Assembly (NCBI GenBank): GCA_013288575.1
Contig: JABDBO010000002.1
Coordinates: 8,037-50,784, forward strand
DNA from: Alphaproteobacteria bacterium
GTDB taxonomy: Bacteria > Pseudomonadota > Alphaproteobacteria > Rickettsiales > 21-14-0-20-44-7
Length of the DNA stretch: 42,748 nucleotides
Direction of reading: 5' to 3'
Shown here piece after piece: positions 8,263 through 16,252 of the stretch. The notes below the pieces were generated by a model, which searched no databases, was not told the DNA's origin, and saw only the letters and a list, made by a program, of their open reading frames with translations. Numbering within the stretch: the first letter of the stretch is position 1; each line of letters begins with the position of its first letter. Both the position numbers and the translations under genes were made by a program.

Positions 8263-9175
8263 GCTGCTAGATTTTTTTGCTGGAATCAATAGTTACGCCA
8301 CCCAACCAGTTTCAGAATGGAAACCAAACGCAAAGGTAATCTGGCAGGAAGGTTCAACCAGAATTTTAGATTTTGGTGGCAAGGGCCAGCCAATCCTCTT
8401 CATCCCTCCACTTATTAATCGCGCCAATATCCTTGATTTATCCGGCGAAAAAAGCCTGATGAAATTTTTGAGCAAGCAAGGTAATGCGCTGTTGGTTGAT
8501 TGGGGTGCGCCAACCGAAAGCGAAATAAATTTCAACTCCGATTCTTACATCCAACGCCTCACACGCTTCTGCCAAACTCAAAAAAAGTTAATCATTGGTG
8601 GTTACTGCATGGGTGGCTTGCTCGCTCTAAAACTTGCCAAATGCATAGAGCCAAGTGCTTTAATACTATTGGCTACACCGTGGAATTTTCATGCACCTGA
8701 TGTCAAACGCGTAGAAATTCCTGCAAAGCATATGCACAAATATCTCGATGATCTTGAAACTGTTCCGCCGGAATTTATACAATCGCTATTCATGATGGCA
8801 GATCCGTGGCGTGTTTATAATAAATATTCCAGCATGGGCAAGAGCTCTGCACCACAGAAAAAATCGATGATGGAAATTGAATATTGGGTCAATAATGGCG
8901 TGCCAATGTCAGTTCTCATGGCTAAAGAATGCATTATCGATTGGACTATAAACAATACTCCCGGCAAGGGCAAATGGCTTGATGTTTCAGATTTACAAAT
9001 GCCGGTTTTTCTTGGCTGCCCAACCAATGATAAAATTGTTCCTATAGGTTGCTCAATTCCATTAGCTGGGCTTCTTACCAATGCTACATTACACAAATTC
9101 AATTGTGGACATATCGGCATGCTTACCCGTAAACTCTGTTTTGAACCGATTAAGGAATGGCTAGAAAATTTATGA
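8075..9175 (+). CDS. phaC: Class III-like PHA synthase (PhaC) family alpha/beta hydrolase
   Basis: Lipase-box with Cys GGYCMGG. PILFIPPLINR..ILDL and LVDWG resemble class III PhaC. The start is uncertain: ATGs at 8075, 8168 and 8180 all overlap the upstream ORF in another frame. Confidence 0.6.
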   Translation: MTKHHLMINPLPQPLPIHLSLAMTSYLGATTMIELMSSSAESKISKSKLNKAKLEVEKAARNKLLDFFAGINSYATQPVSEWKPNAKVIWQEGSTRILDFGGKGQPILFIPPLINRANILDLSGEKSLMKFLSKQGNALLVDWGAPTESEINFNSDSYIQRLTRFCQTQKKLIIGGYCMGGLLALKLAKCIEPSALILLATPWNFHAPDVKRVEIPAKHMHKYLDDLETVPPEFIQSLFMMADPWRVYNKYSSMGKSSAPQKKSMMEIEYWVNNGVPMSVLMAKECIIDWTINNTPGKGKWLDVSDLQMPVFLGCPTNDKIVPIGCSIPLAGLLTNATLHKFNCGHIGMLTRKLCFEPIKEWLENL

Positions 9176-9780
9176 AATATCTTTTTGCGATTATATTAAT
9201 TCTAATTTCAACATCTGCATATGCTGACGAAGCGCAAACAGCTGAAAAAGTTGAAGCCTATTTAAACGCACTAACCACTTTCAGTGCCGATTTTTCGCAA
9301 ATTGATCCGGAGGGAAAAGAGGCGGGCGGAAAATTTTATTTAAAACGCCCCGGCAAATTCCTCTGGCAATATGATGAGCGCCAACCAGTTGAAATTGTCT
9401 CTGATGGCAGCCAGTTGGTTTATTATGATAAAAAGCTAAAAGAAGTTACATACACAAATGCGAAAAATAGCCTGGCCGGCTTTCTTTCGCGCAAAGTTAT
9501 AAAATTTTCCGGCGATATAAAACTGCTTTCAGCTACTGATGAAAATAATGAAATTCACATAGTTGTTACGCAAAAGAATAAACCCGAAGATGGAGTTTTA
9601 AGTCTTATTTTTGATGATAAAACCATGCAGTTTATTGCACTCAATGTTACCGATCAAAACGGCGGCATGACAAAAATCAAATTCAGCAACCAGCAATTAG
9701 GCAGCGCGCTTGCTGATAATATTTTCATTTTCAAAAACCCGAAATATTCTTCCGTCAGCAATGTCTGGGAAGGAAAATAA
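9157..9780 (+). CDS. lolA: Outer-membrane lipoprotein carrier protein LolA
   Basis: Signal peptide ..STSAYA. FSADFSQ...GKFYLKRPGKFLWQY is the LolA signature. An alternative start lies at 9172. Confidence 0.8.
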   Translation: MARKFMKYLFAIILILISTSAYADEAQTAEKVEAYLNALTTFSADFSQIDPEGKEAGGKFYLKRPGKFLWQYDERQPVEIVSDGSQLVYYDKKLKEVTYTNAKNSLAGFLSRKVIKFSGDIKLLSATDENNEIHIVVTQKNKPEDGVLSLIFDDKTMQFIALNVTDQNGGMTKIKFSNQQLGSALADNIFIFKNPKYSSVSNVWEGK

Positions 9781-10569
9781 CTACTGCGAATAGGGCAGCA
9801 TAGCTACAAAAAGGTTACATGCTTTATCAGTATAACTAGGGTTATATTTTGTAAAATCACCAGCGACAGTGCAGTTTTGCGGCGACGAAATAAAATATCC
9901 TGTCGGGTCGCTAGCATCGTTAGCGCCCACTGTTGCCGCTTGCGCAATCACTGTGGCGCTATAGTTTTGTGGATTTGGTAATCCGGTTAAACCATCATCC
10001 ATTTTCATATCAATTGCTAAAGCTTCGCCCGGGGTATAGCTCACATAAGAGGCGCCATTATTGCCACCTGGTAGAATTGGATTATTACAGCATCCAGGGC
10101 TAATCACGCCAATTTGATAATAATTGGTATAATGCATTTGAATTATGAGCGGATCAAAATGAATTGGTGCTATTAAAGCTGGTAGAATTGTGCCTCCGCT
10201 ATAAACGGCAATACCGTTACCATAATTTGCTTTAATTTCTGTTTTGTTAGCGCCAATTGTATAAATTTCGCCTATATAACCACTATTTACCAGATTTGGG
10301 GTGAATACTAGAAAAGATTCCATTTCGCCAATTGTGCCGTCACCATCTGGAGTCCAGCCATTGGCTGAATCATTAGGATTATCGCCTGGTAGGTGAGCAA
10401 ATTTTGTCTTATAATTAGCGACTGCCACATCAACTTGCTGTATTTGTCTAACCAGCATCTCTACCTTAGTAGTTGATATCATGCTTTGGGCAACAAGAAT
10501 CCCTCCAATAAGCAAGCCTATGATTACTAATACAATTGATAACTCAACAAGGGTAAAACCGCGTTTCAT
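9781..10569 (-). CDS. Prepilin-type N-terminal cleavage/methylation domain protein (type IV pilin / T2SS pseudopilin-like)
   Basis: MKRGFTLVELSIVLVIIGLLIGGIL is a class III signal peptide with Glu at +5. C-terminal Cys pair (NCTVAG...DKACN). No pilus or T2SS machinery nearby. Confidence 0.7.
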   Translation of the reverse strand: MKRGFTLVELSIVLVIIGLLIGGILVAQSMISTTKVEMLVRQIQQVDVAVANYKTKFAHLPGDNPNDSANGWTPDGDGTIGEMESFLVFTPNLVNSGYIGEIYTIGANKTEIKANYGNGIAVYSGGTILPALIAPIHFDPLIIQMHYTNYYQIGVISPGCCNNPILPGGNNGASYVSYTPGEALAIDMKMDDGLTGLPNPQNYSATVIAQAATVGANDASDPTGYFISSPQNCTVAGDFTKYNPSYTDKACNLFVAMLPYSQ

Positions 10570-10682
10570 AAAAATACAATATAGCAGCGCCTTTAATTAT
10601 CAATATCAAATGGTTCAAATTCAAACAGTTTTATCGAAATAAATAGTTAAGGTTTTTATGCTAAAATTATTGCGGAGTTTTT

Positions 10683-11582
10683 ATGGAAAAACTAAGTCGA
10701 GAAGAGAGAATTGCTGAAAATGTAAAAAGATTCAATGCGGCGAATCGGAAAACGGCAATTATCGTTACAATTTATTTTGTGCTCTTCTCCATCACAATGG
10801 GATATTTCCTTCATGTTGGCGCAACCACTAGCCTGGGCTGCAAAATCGCCCTCGTAATTTACGCAACAATCGCCATATTTTTCCTCTTCAGCCGCAAACT
10901 ACCAGACTCAAGATATGATTATATAAAACCATCCGCTGCTGAAACCGAAGCCGAAATTTTTGAGTTCACGGTCGAAAACTCCAATGTCTTAATACTCCGC
11001 CAGCGCATCATGAATGTAATATTCACCTTAATTTGCGCATCAATAACTATTTTTATCGCCTATAGCGGTATAATTGAAATTCACAAAAACGGGTTACCCA
11101 ATTTTCAAAACCAGAATGATGTAGTTTTTACCGCAATGGGTATAATTTTCTTTATTATCTTTGGCTATGGCGCACTTAGCTCATTTATGGCCTTTTGGAT
11201 TTTGCCGCGCGAAGAAATGAACTTTAAAAATGGCGGCGGTCAGCTTTTAAAAATCTCACGCGAATTAGTTTCTATCAGCCCGCTAGTAATGATTTTTGAT
11301 AATGCACTGCGTGAAAAACTAGCAAAAGAAAATAAGTCATTTCTTGAATTGCCATGGGGTGAGATTGATAAAATTGTTGTGCGTGATCAATATTTGGATA
11401 ACAACCGCTCAGCTAATTACGAATTCCACCTAAAACATAGCCAAAGTGGCTTGCTTAAAAAGCTTTTATCTTCCTATATTTCGGTTTCGCGCCGTGAGTT
11501 TTTTGGTCAAGAAAGTGATATTGTTGAGGCTCTGCGCAAATTTGCCAAATGCCAGGTTGTTATCAAAGATAAGATCAGATAG
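10683..11582 (+). CDS. Hypothetical membrane protein (about 4 TM plus a C-terminal soluble domain)
   Basis: Hydrophobic segments AIIVTIYFVLFSITMGYFL, IALVIYATIAIFFLF, VIFTLICASITIFIAY and GIIFFIIFGYGALSSFMAFWIL. No family recognised. Confidence 0.5.
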   Translation: MEKLSREERIAENVKRFNAANRKTAIIVTIYFVLFSITMGYFLHVGATTSLGCKIALVIYATIAIFFLFSRKLPDSRYDYIKPSAAETEAEIFEFTVENSNVLILRQRIMNVIFTLICASITIFIAYSGIIEIHKNGLPNFQNQNDVVFTAMGIIFFIIFGYGALSSFMAFWILPREEMNFKNGGGQLLKISRELVSISPLVMIFDNALREKLAKENKSFLELPWGEIDKIVVRDQYLDNNRSANYEFHLKHSQSGLLKKLLSSYISVSRREFFGQESDIVEALRKFAKCQVVIKDKIR

Positions 11583-11617
11583 TAGACAGGCGCGCCTAAC
11601 TCCACTAAAACCTCTCC

Positions 11618-12592
11618 ATGACAATTGAAAACCTGGCTAATCTTGTTGCGCCTGAGCTTGAAAAGGTGAATGAAAAAATCATCGAAGCTAGCGGTAACCA
11701 TGTGGAGCTTATTCCAACTGTCGCCAAATATATCATTTCCGGCGGCGGCAAGCGCGTGCGCCCAATGTTCACGCTCGCCAGTGCCAAAATGTGCGGCTAC
11801 CAAGGTAACCGCCATGTCAACCTGGCAGCAGCAGTTGAATTCATGCACACGGCAACGCTTTTGCATGATGATGTCGTCGATGAATCAGATAAACGCCGTG
11901 GCCGCGACACTGCTAATAACATCTGGGGCAACAAACCTAGCGTGTTAGTCGGTGATTATTTGCTCGGCAAAGCTTTCCAGATGATGGTGGCTGATGGTTC
12001 ACTTGAAGTTTTGCGCATCCTTTCCGATGCTGCAGCACATATTGCGGAAGGTGAGGTGATGCAGCTTTCCACAACGAATAATATCGAAACTACCCTGCAG
12101 CAATATATTGAAGTGATTGATGCCAAAACCGCTTCACTCTTTGCTGCGGCTTGCGAAGTTGGCGGGGCTATAGTTGAGGACGAAGCAAAAAGTGCAGCAC
12201 TCAAAGAGTTCGGCACTAATTTCGGCATTGCTTTCCAGATTATTGATGATGCACTTGATTATTCCGCCAATCCACAAAAATTTGGCAAAACCATCGGTGA
12301 TGATTTCCGCGAAGGCAAAGTTACCTTGCCGGTGATTTACGCTTATGAGCGGGGCGGGGCGGATGATAAAAATTTCTGGCGTAATATTATTGAAGAAGGC
12401 GCTGAAATTCGCGAGTCAGAGTTAAATGCTGCGCATAAAAAAATTCATGATACCGGTTCATTTGCAGCCACAATTGAATTTGCCAAAAATTATGGTGATA
12501 AGGCTTGCAAGGCGCTAAATAAATTTCCTGATTCAGAAATCAAAACTGCATTTTTTGAAATTGTCGATTTTTGCATAAATAGAGATTTCTAG
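11618..12592 (+). CDS. ispB: Polyprenyl (octaprenyl) diphosphate synthase
   Basis: First and second Asp-rich motifs LLHDDVVDESDKRRG and FQIIDDALD. 324 aa. Confidence 0.85.
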   Translation: MTIENLANLVAPELEKVNEKIIEASGNHVELIPTVAKYIISGGGKRVRPMFTLASAKMCGYQGNRHVNLAAAVEFMHTATLLHDDVVDESDKRRGRDTANNIWGNKPSVLVGDYLLGKAFQMMVADGSLEVLRILSDAAAHIAEGEVMQLSTTNNIETTLQQYIEVIDAKTASLFAAACEVGGAIVEDEAKSAALKEFGTNFGIAFQIIDDALDYSANPQKFGKTIGDDFREGKVTLPVIYAYERGGADDKNFWRNIIEEGAEIRESELNAAHKKIHDTGSFAATIEFAKNYGDKACKALNKFPDSEIKTAFFEIVDFCINRDF

Positions 12593-12784
12593 CTTCAGTT
12601 GCATCTAACACCCCAAAAAAGAGAAAAAAAGTTGTACTCAGGCAACAGTGAGAAACAATCTAGGCTTTGATGTTAATCAATTGATGTAATTAGCCCATTT
12701 TTGTGGTAGTGGTTAATTATTAGTTAATTTATACACTCTTAAGTTGTATTTTTAGCTATAAAGGGTATAATTTGGGTATATTTT

Positions 12785-13555
12785 ATGGTGAACTTCAATC
12801 CAGCTATCGTTGATAGGCTGAATTCCTTGTCGCAATCGGCTTTGCGTGGCCATTATATATTTAGCCGTGAATTTGATGATGGCTATCTTTCTAAACGTTA
12901 TTCAAAGCAAGACGCTTGGCCACATAACGTGCGTGTTAGCACTGTTAACAGCCGTAAACATATTGAGCAATATTTTGCCATTCGCGAAGAAACCTACAAA
13001 ACTTCAGTTGGTGCCAATTTCTACGCTGGCGAAGATGAATATGATGGTAAAAGCCATATAGTTCTGGCTTTAGCTGGTGATAATTGCATTGGCGGTATTC
13101 GGATAACTGTCAGCAGCCCTGAAAACCGCATGGCCCTTCCAACCGAGAAAGACGGTTTTCAGTTCAAAACTATATATGACAAAATTGAATTTGAAGACTT
13201 AACCTATTGTGAAGCTACAAGATTAGCGATTTTGCCAGATTTCCGGAACAGTAATGTTTTACCAATGCTATTTGAGGCGGCAACCAAATATGCAATTGAT
13301 GTTTTAGGTGTGGAAATGGTCTTTGGCCGTGCCGCTAATCTGCAAACCAGAATCTTCCAAACTCACTATAGGAACATGGGCTATAACCTTGTTATTAGAA
13401 GAGATATCAAACCGCCTTCAAAAGGAATGGATGCGGCAGTTGTGCAAATCTTCGGTATAGATTTCACGCCTGAAAGGGTTTTTGAAGATACGCTTAAATC
13501 ATATAATACTAATAATGCGAAACCGGAAGAAGTGTCTGAATTAGAATTTGCCTAA
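12785..13555 (+). CDS. GNAT-fold N-acyltransferase resembling LuxI / FeeM-type N-acyl (amino acid or homoserine lactone) synthases
   Basis: HIEQYFAIREETY; EDEYDGKSHIVLALAGDNCIGGIRI; CEATRLAILPDFRNSNVLPMLF. This block order is typical of the autoinducer-synthase-like GNAT clade. The family assignment is by eye only. Confidence 0.5.
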   Translation: MVNFNPAIVDRLNSLSQSALRGHYIFSREFDDGYLSKRYSKQDAWPHNVRVSTVNSRKHIEQYFAIREETYKTSVGANFYAGEDEYDGKSHIVLALAGDNCIGGIRITVSSPENRMALPTEKDGFQFKTIYDKIEFEDLTYCEATRLAILPDFRNSNVLPMLFEAATKYAIDVLGVEMVFGRAANLQTRIFQTHYRNMGYNLVIRRDIKPPSKGMDAAVVQIFGIDFTPERVFEDTLKSYNTNNAKPEEVSELEFA

Positions 13556-13568
13556 AATTTTAGGCAAA
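13547..13568. promoter_or_regulatory. Perfect 22-bp palindrome TTTGCCTAAAATTTTAGGCAAA spanning the GNAT stop codon
   Basis: The sequence is its own reverse complement. It lies about 60 nt upstream of the TBDR start. Candidate operator or weak hairpin; no U-tract. Confidence 0.3.
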
Positions 13569-13630
13569 TTAACATTCGCTTAACCTATTGATGTTAAAAA
13601 CTAGTCCATAATCAAAAATGGGTTAGTTCT

Positions 13631-15643
13631 ATGCTACGCAAAAATATCAATAAATGGGCTTTGACCACTGCGATAGTTGCTTTGCTATGTGGAAACATCA
13701 CTCCCGCATTAGCCGCTGATAACGGTTCAAATTCAGGCGATGACCTTGATAAGCTCCTTGATATGCCAATCAAAGATCTAACAAATATGGAAGTTACTTC
13801 CGTTTCCAAACGTGCGGAAAAAGCTTCCGAAGCAGCCGCTGCAATTTATGTGATTACCCAGGAAGATATTCGCCGCTCCGGTTTTAACAGCCTGCCGGAA
13901 GTTTTACGCATGGTGCCAGGTGTGCAAGTTTCACGCATCAATTCCGGTTGGTGGGCAATTACTGCTCGCGGTAATGCGCAGCCATTTGGCAATAAGCTTT
14001 TGGTTTTAATCGATGGCCGTTCAATTTATAACCCGCTTTTCTCCGGAGTTCTCTGGGAAGAACAAAGCACTCCGCTTGAAGATATCGAACGCATCGAAGT
14101 AATTCGCGGCCCAGGCTCAACTCTTTATGGTGCCAACGCAGTAAACGGCGTTATCAACATCATCACTAAAAATTCAAAAGATACGCAAGGTAACCTCGCA
14201 TCTGTAGGCGGTGGTAATTATGACAAATTCAGCGGTTTATACCGTTACGGAGGCCGCATAAGCGATACTGACACTTATCGCACTTATATAAACAATTACG
14301 AACAGGGTGATTCAAAAACCGAAAGCAGCCATAGCACTTTCGATGCTTATGATATGACTCGCGGCGGTTTCCGTTATGACGGCGGCGATAAAATGGGCAA
14401 TGCTAATTATACAGTATCGAGTGATGTTTATAAGGGCGATCGCGAACTACCATTCACCATGCTTCCGGCAACTAATGCGCAAGGCTCTATCGATGGCACG
14501 CAAGTGCATGATATGTTCGGCGGCAACGTTATTGGCAAATATGATAAAAAACTTGATAACGGTTCCGATGTGCAATTGCAGGCTTACTATGATTTCACAG
14601 GCCGTGATGCTAATACTTTCGGCTATAAAATCAGCACTGTAGATCTTGACGCACAGCACAACATAAACCTTTCTGAAAACCACCAATTCATGTGGGGTTT
14701 GGGTTATCGTGGCGTACTTGCCAGCCTTGATAGCGCGGTTGATGCCAGCTATGACAGGGATAATATGCAAACCAATCTCTTCAGTGGTTTTGCACAAGAT
14801 AAAATCCAGATCGTTCCTGATGAGCTTTATTTAACTCTCGGTTCAAAAATCGAGCATAACAGTTTTTCTGGCGTTGAGTTTGAGCCAAACGCACGCGTAA
14901 CCTGGCTTCCAACTCAAACTCAAACCGTGTGGGGTGCTGTAACTCGCGCCGTCCGCACGCCTAGCATTGCCGAAAGAACCATCACTCAGGCCATTGTCGG
15001 CTCGGCATTTGGTGTGGCTTCATATCAGGGCAATGATGATGTTACATCTGAAAAACTCATAGCTTATGAACTTGGTTACAGAAACCAGCTGACTAAAACT
15101 TTTTCAGTGGATGTGACGACATTCATCAATGATTATGATAGCCTCCGCACATTTGCGGCAACTTCTAATCCATTTATTTTAGATATCCAAAATAACGCTC
15201 AAGGTATCACTCGCGGTTTTGAAGTTTCATCGAATTGGCAAGTGTTTAGAGATTGGAGCTTGACTGGCAGTTACAGCTATCTTGATCCGCATTTGAAAAA
15301 TGATGAACCTGCTACAAATAGCTTGGATGCTGATAAGGACACTTCACCGCATAATATGTTCAACATCCGCTCGCATTATGACATTAGCAGTGAATGGGAA
15401 TTCAATAACTCGGTCTATTATATGTCAAAAATTGCCAGCGCGGCAATTACTGATACCCATGGCGTTGATGGCTATGCCAGCCTTGATGCCAACGTTATTT
15501 ATAAGCCCGCTAAAGGTATTGAGTTAATGTTATCTGGCGAAAACCTTTTGCATGATATGCATCAGGAATTTGGTTCAGCGCCATATAGTATTCCGGCAGA
15601 AATTCCACGTTCAGTATTCGGTAAGGTTACATTCAGGTTCTAG
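13631..15643 (+). CDS. TonB-dependent outer-membrane receptor
   Basis: Signal peptide ..TPALA. Plug motifs EVTSVSKRAEK and IERIEVIRGPGSTLYGANAVNGVINIITK. Long beta-barrel region. C-terminal KVTFRF. Confidence 0.85.
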   Translation: MLRKNINKWALTTAIVALLCGNITPALAADNGSNSGDDLDKLLDMPIKDLTNMEVTSVSKRAEKASEAAAAIYVITQEDIRRSGFNSLPEVLRMVPGVQVSRINSGWWAITARGNAQPFGNKLLVLIDGRSIYNPLFSGVLWEEQSTPLEDIERIEVIRGPGSTLYGANAVNGVINIITKNSKDTQGNLASVGGGNYDKFSGLYRYGGRISDTDTYRTYINNYEQGDSKTESSHSTFDAYDMTRGGFRYDGGDKMGNANYTVSSDVYKGDRELPFTMLPATNAQGSIDGTQVHDMFGGNVIGKYDKKLDNGSDVQLQAYYDFTGRDANTFGYKISTVDLDAQHNINLSENHQFMWGLGYRGVLASLDSAVDASYDRDNMQTNLFSGFAQDKIQIVPDELYLTLGSKIEHNSFSGVEFEPNARVTWLPTQTQTVWGAVTRAVRTPSIAERTITQAIVGSAFGVASYQGNDDVTSEKLIAYELGYRNQLTKTFSVDVTTFINDYDSLRTFAATSNPFILDIQNNAQGITRGFEVSSNWQVFRDWSLTGSYSYLDPHLKNDEPATNSLDADKDTSPHNMFNIRSHYDISSEWEFNNSVYYMSKIASAAITDTHGVDGYASLDANVIYKPAKGIELMLSGENLLHDMHQEFGSAPYSIPAEIPRSVFGKVTFRF

Positions 15644-16252
15644 ATGTTAAATAACATGCGGCATAAAATCGGCAGATTATCTTTCGCCTTTCTGCTGGTA
15701 GTAAATACGGCTATAGCGGCCAATGCCCCAGCATCTGCAACAGCCAGTGCTGCCAGCGTTACTGATTATGATTCACAGGCCGTCATCATCTATAAATTTG
15801 CCTATTCTTACGTCGAATGGCCGCAGATAACGCTTAAAGATAATGTAAAATCAGTTCAGGTTTGCGTATTCGGCAATAGCCCAGCCTTCGTAAAATCGAT
15901 GGAAAATGTCAGCGCCAAAATTGCTGATAAACTCAAAATAAATATCAAAACAGATGCCGCGCTTGAAGAAATAGGCAGTTGCAACATAGCTTATGTTTCG
16001 CATGGCAGGAGTGATTCTAAGACCATAATCGCTGAAGCAAAAAAACATTCAGTTTTAACTGTTGCGCCAATTGATGGTTTTGCCAATGACGGCGGCATTA
16101 TAGAATTCAATTTTAGCGACTCCGGCGAAACCGGCGGCGTGCCAACAAGTACTGGTAACGTAACATTCAAAGTCAGCACAAAAGCAGCAACCGAGAGCAA
16201 CCTCAAAATAGCGACGGAAGCTCTTCAGTCGGCAAAAGAGGTGATCAAGTGA
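15644..16252 (+). CDS. YfiR family (DUF4154) periplasmic protein
   Basis: Signal peptide. YKFAYSYVEWP, VCVFG, CNIAYVS and VLTVAP..GFANDGGIIEF match DUF4154 hallmarks. The ATG directly follows the TBDR stop. Confidence 0.7.
   Translation: MLNNMRHKIGRLSFAFLLVVNTAIAANAPASATASAASVTDYDSQAVIIYKFAYSYVEWPQITLKDNVKSVQVCVFGNSPAFVKSMENVSAKIADKLKINIKTDAALEEIGSCNIAYVSHGRSDSKTIIAEAKKHSVLTVAPIDGFANDGGIIEFNFSDSGETGGVPTSTGNVTFKVSTKAATESNLKIATEALQSAKEVIK

Noticed and set aside
11507-11866. Minus-strand ORFs 11507..11866 and 11605..11787, and plus-strand ORF 11670..11948
   Set aside because: They overlap ispB, whose frame carries both polyprenyl synthase Asp-rich motifs. The alternatives have no features.
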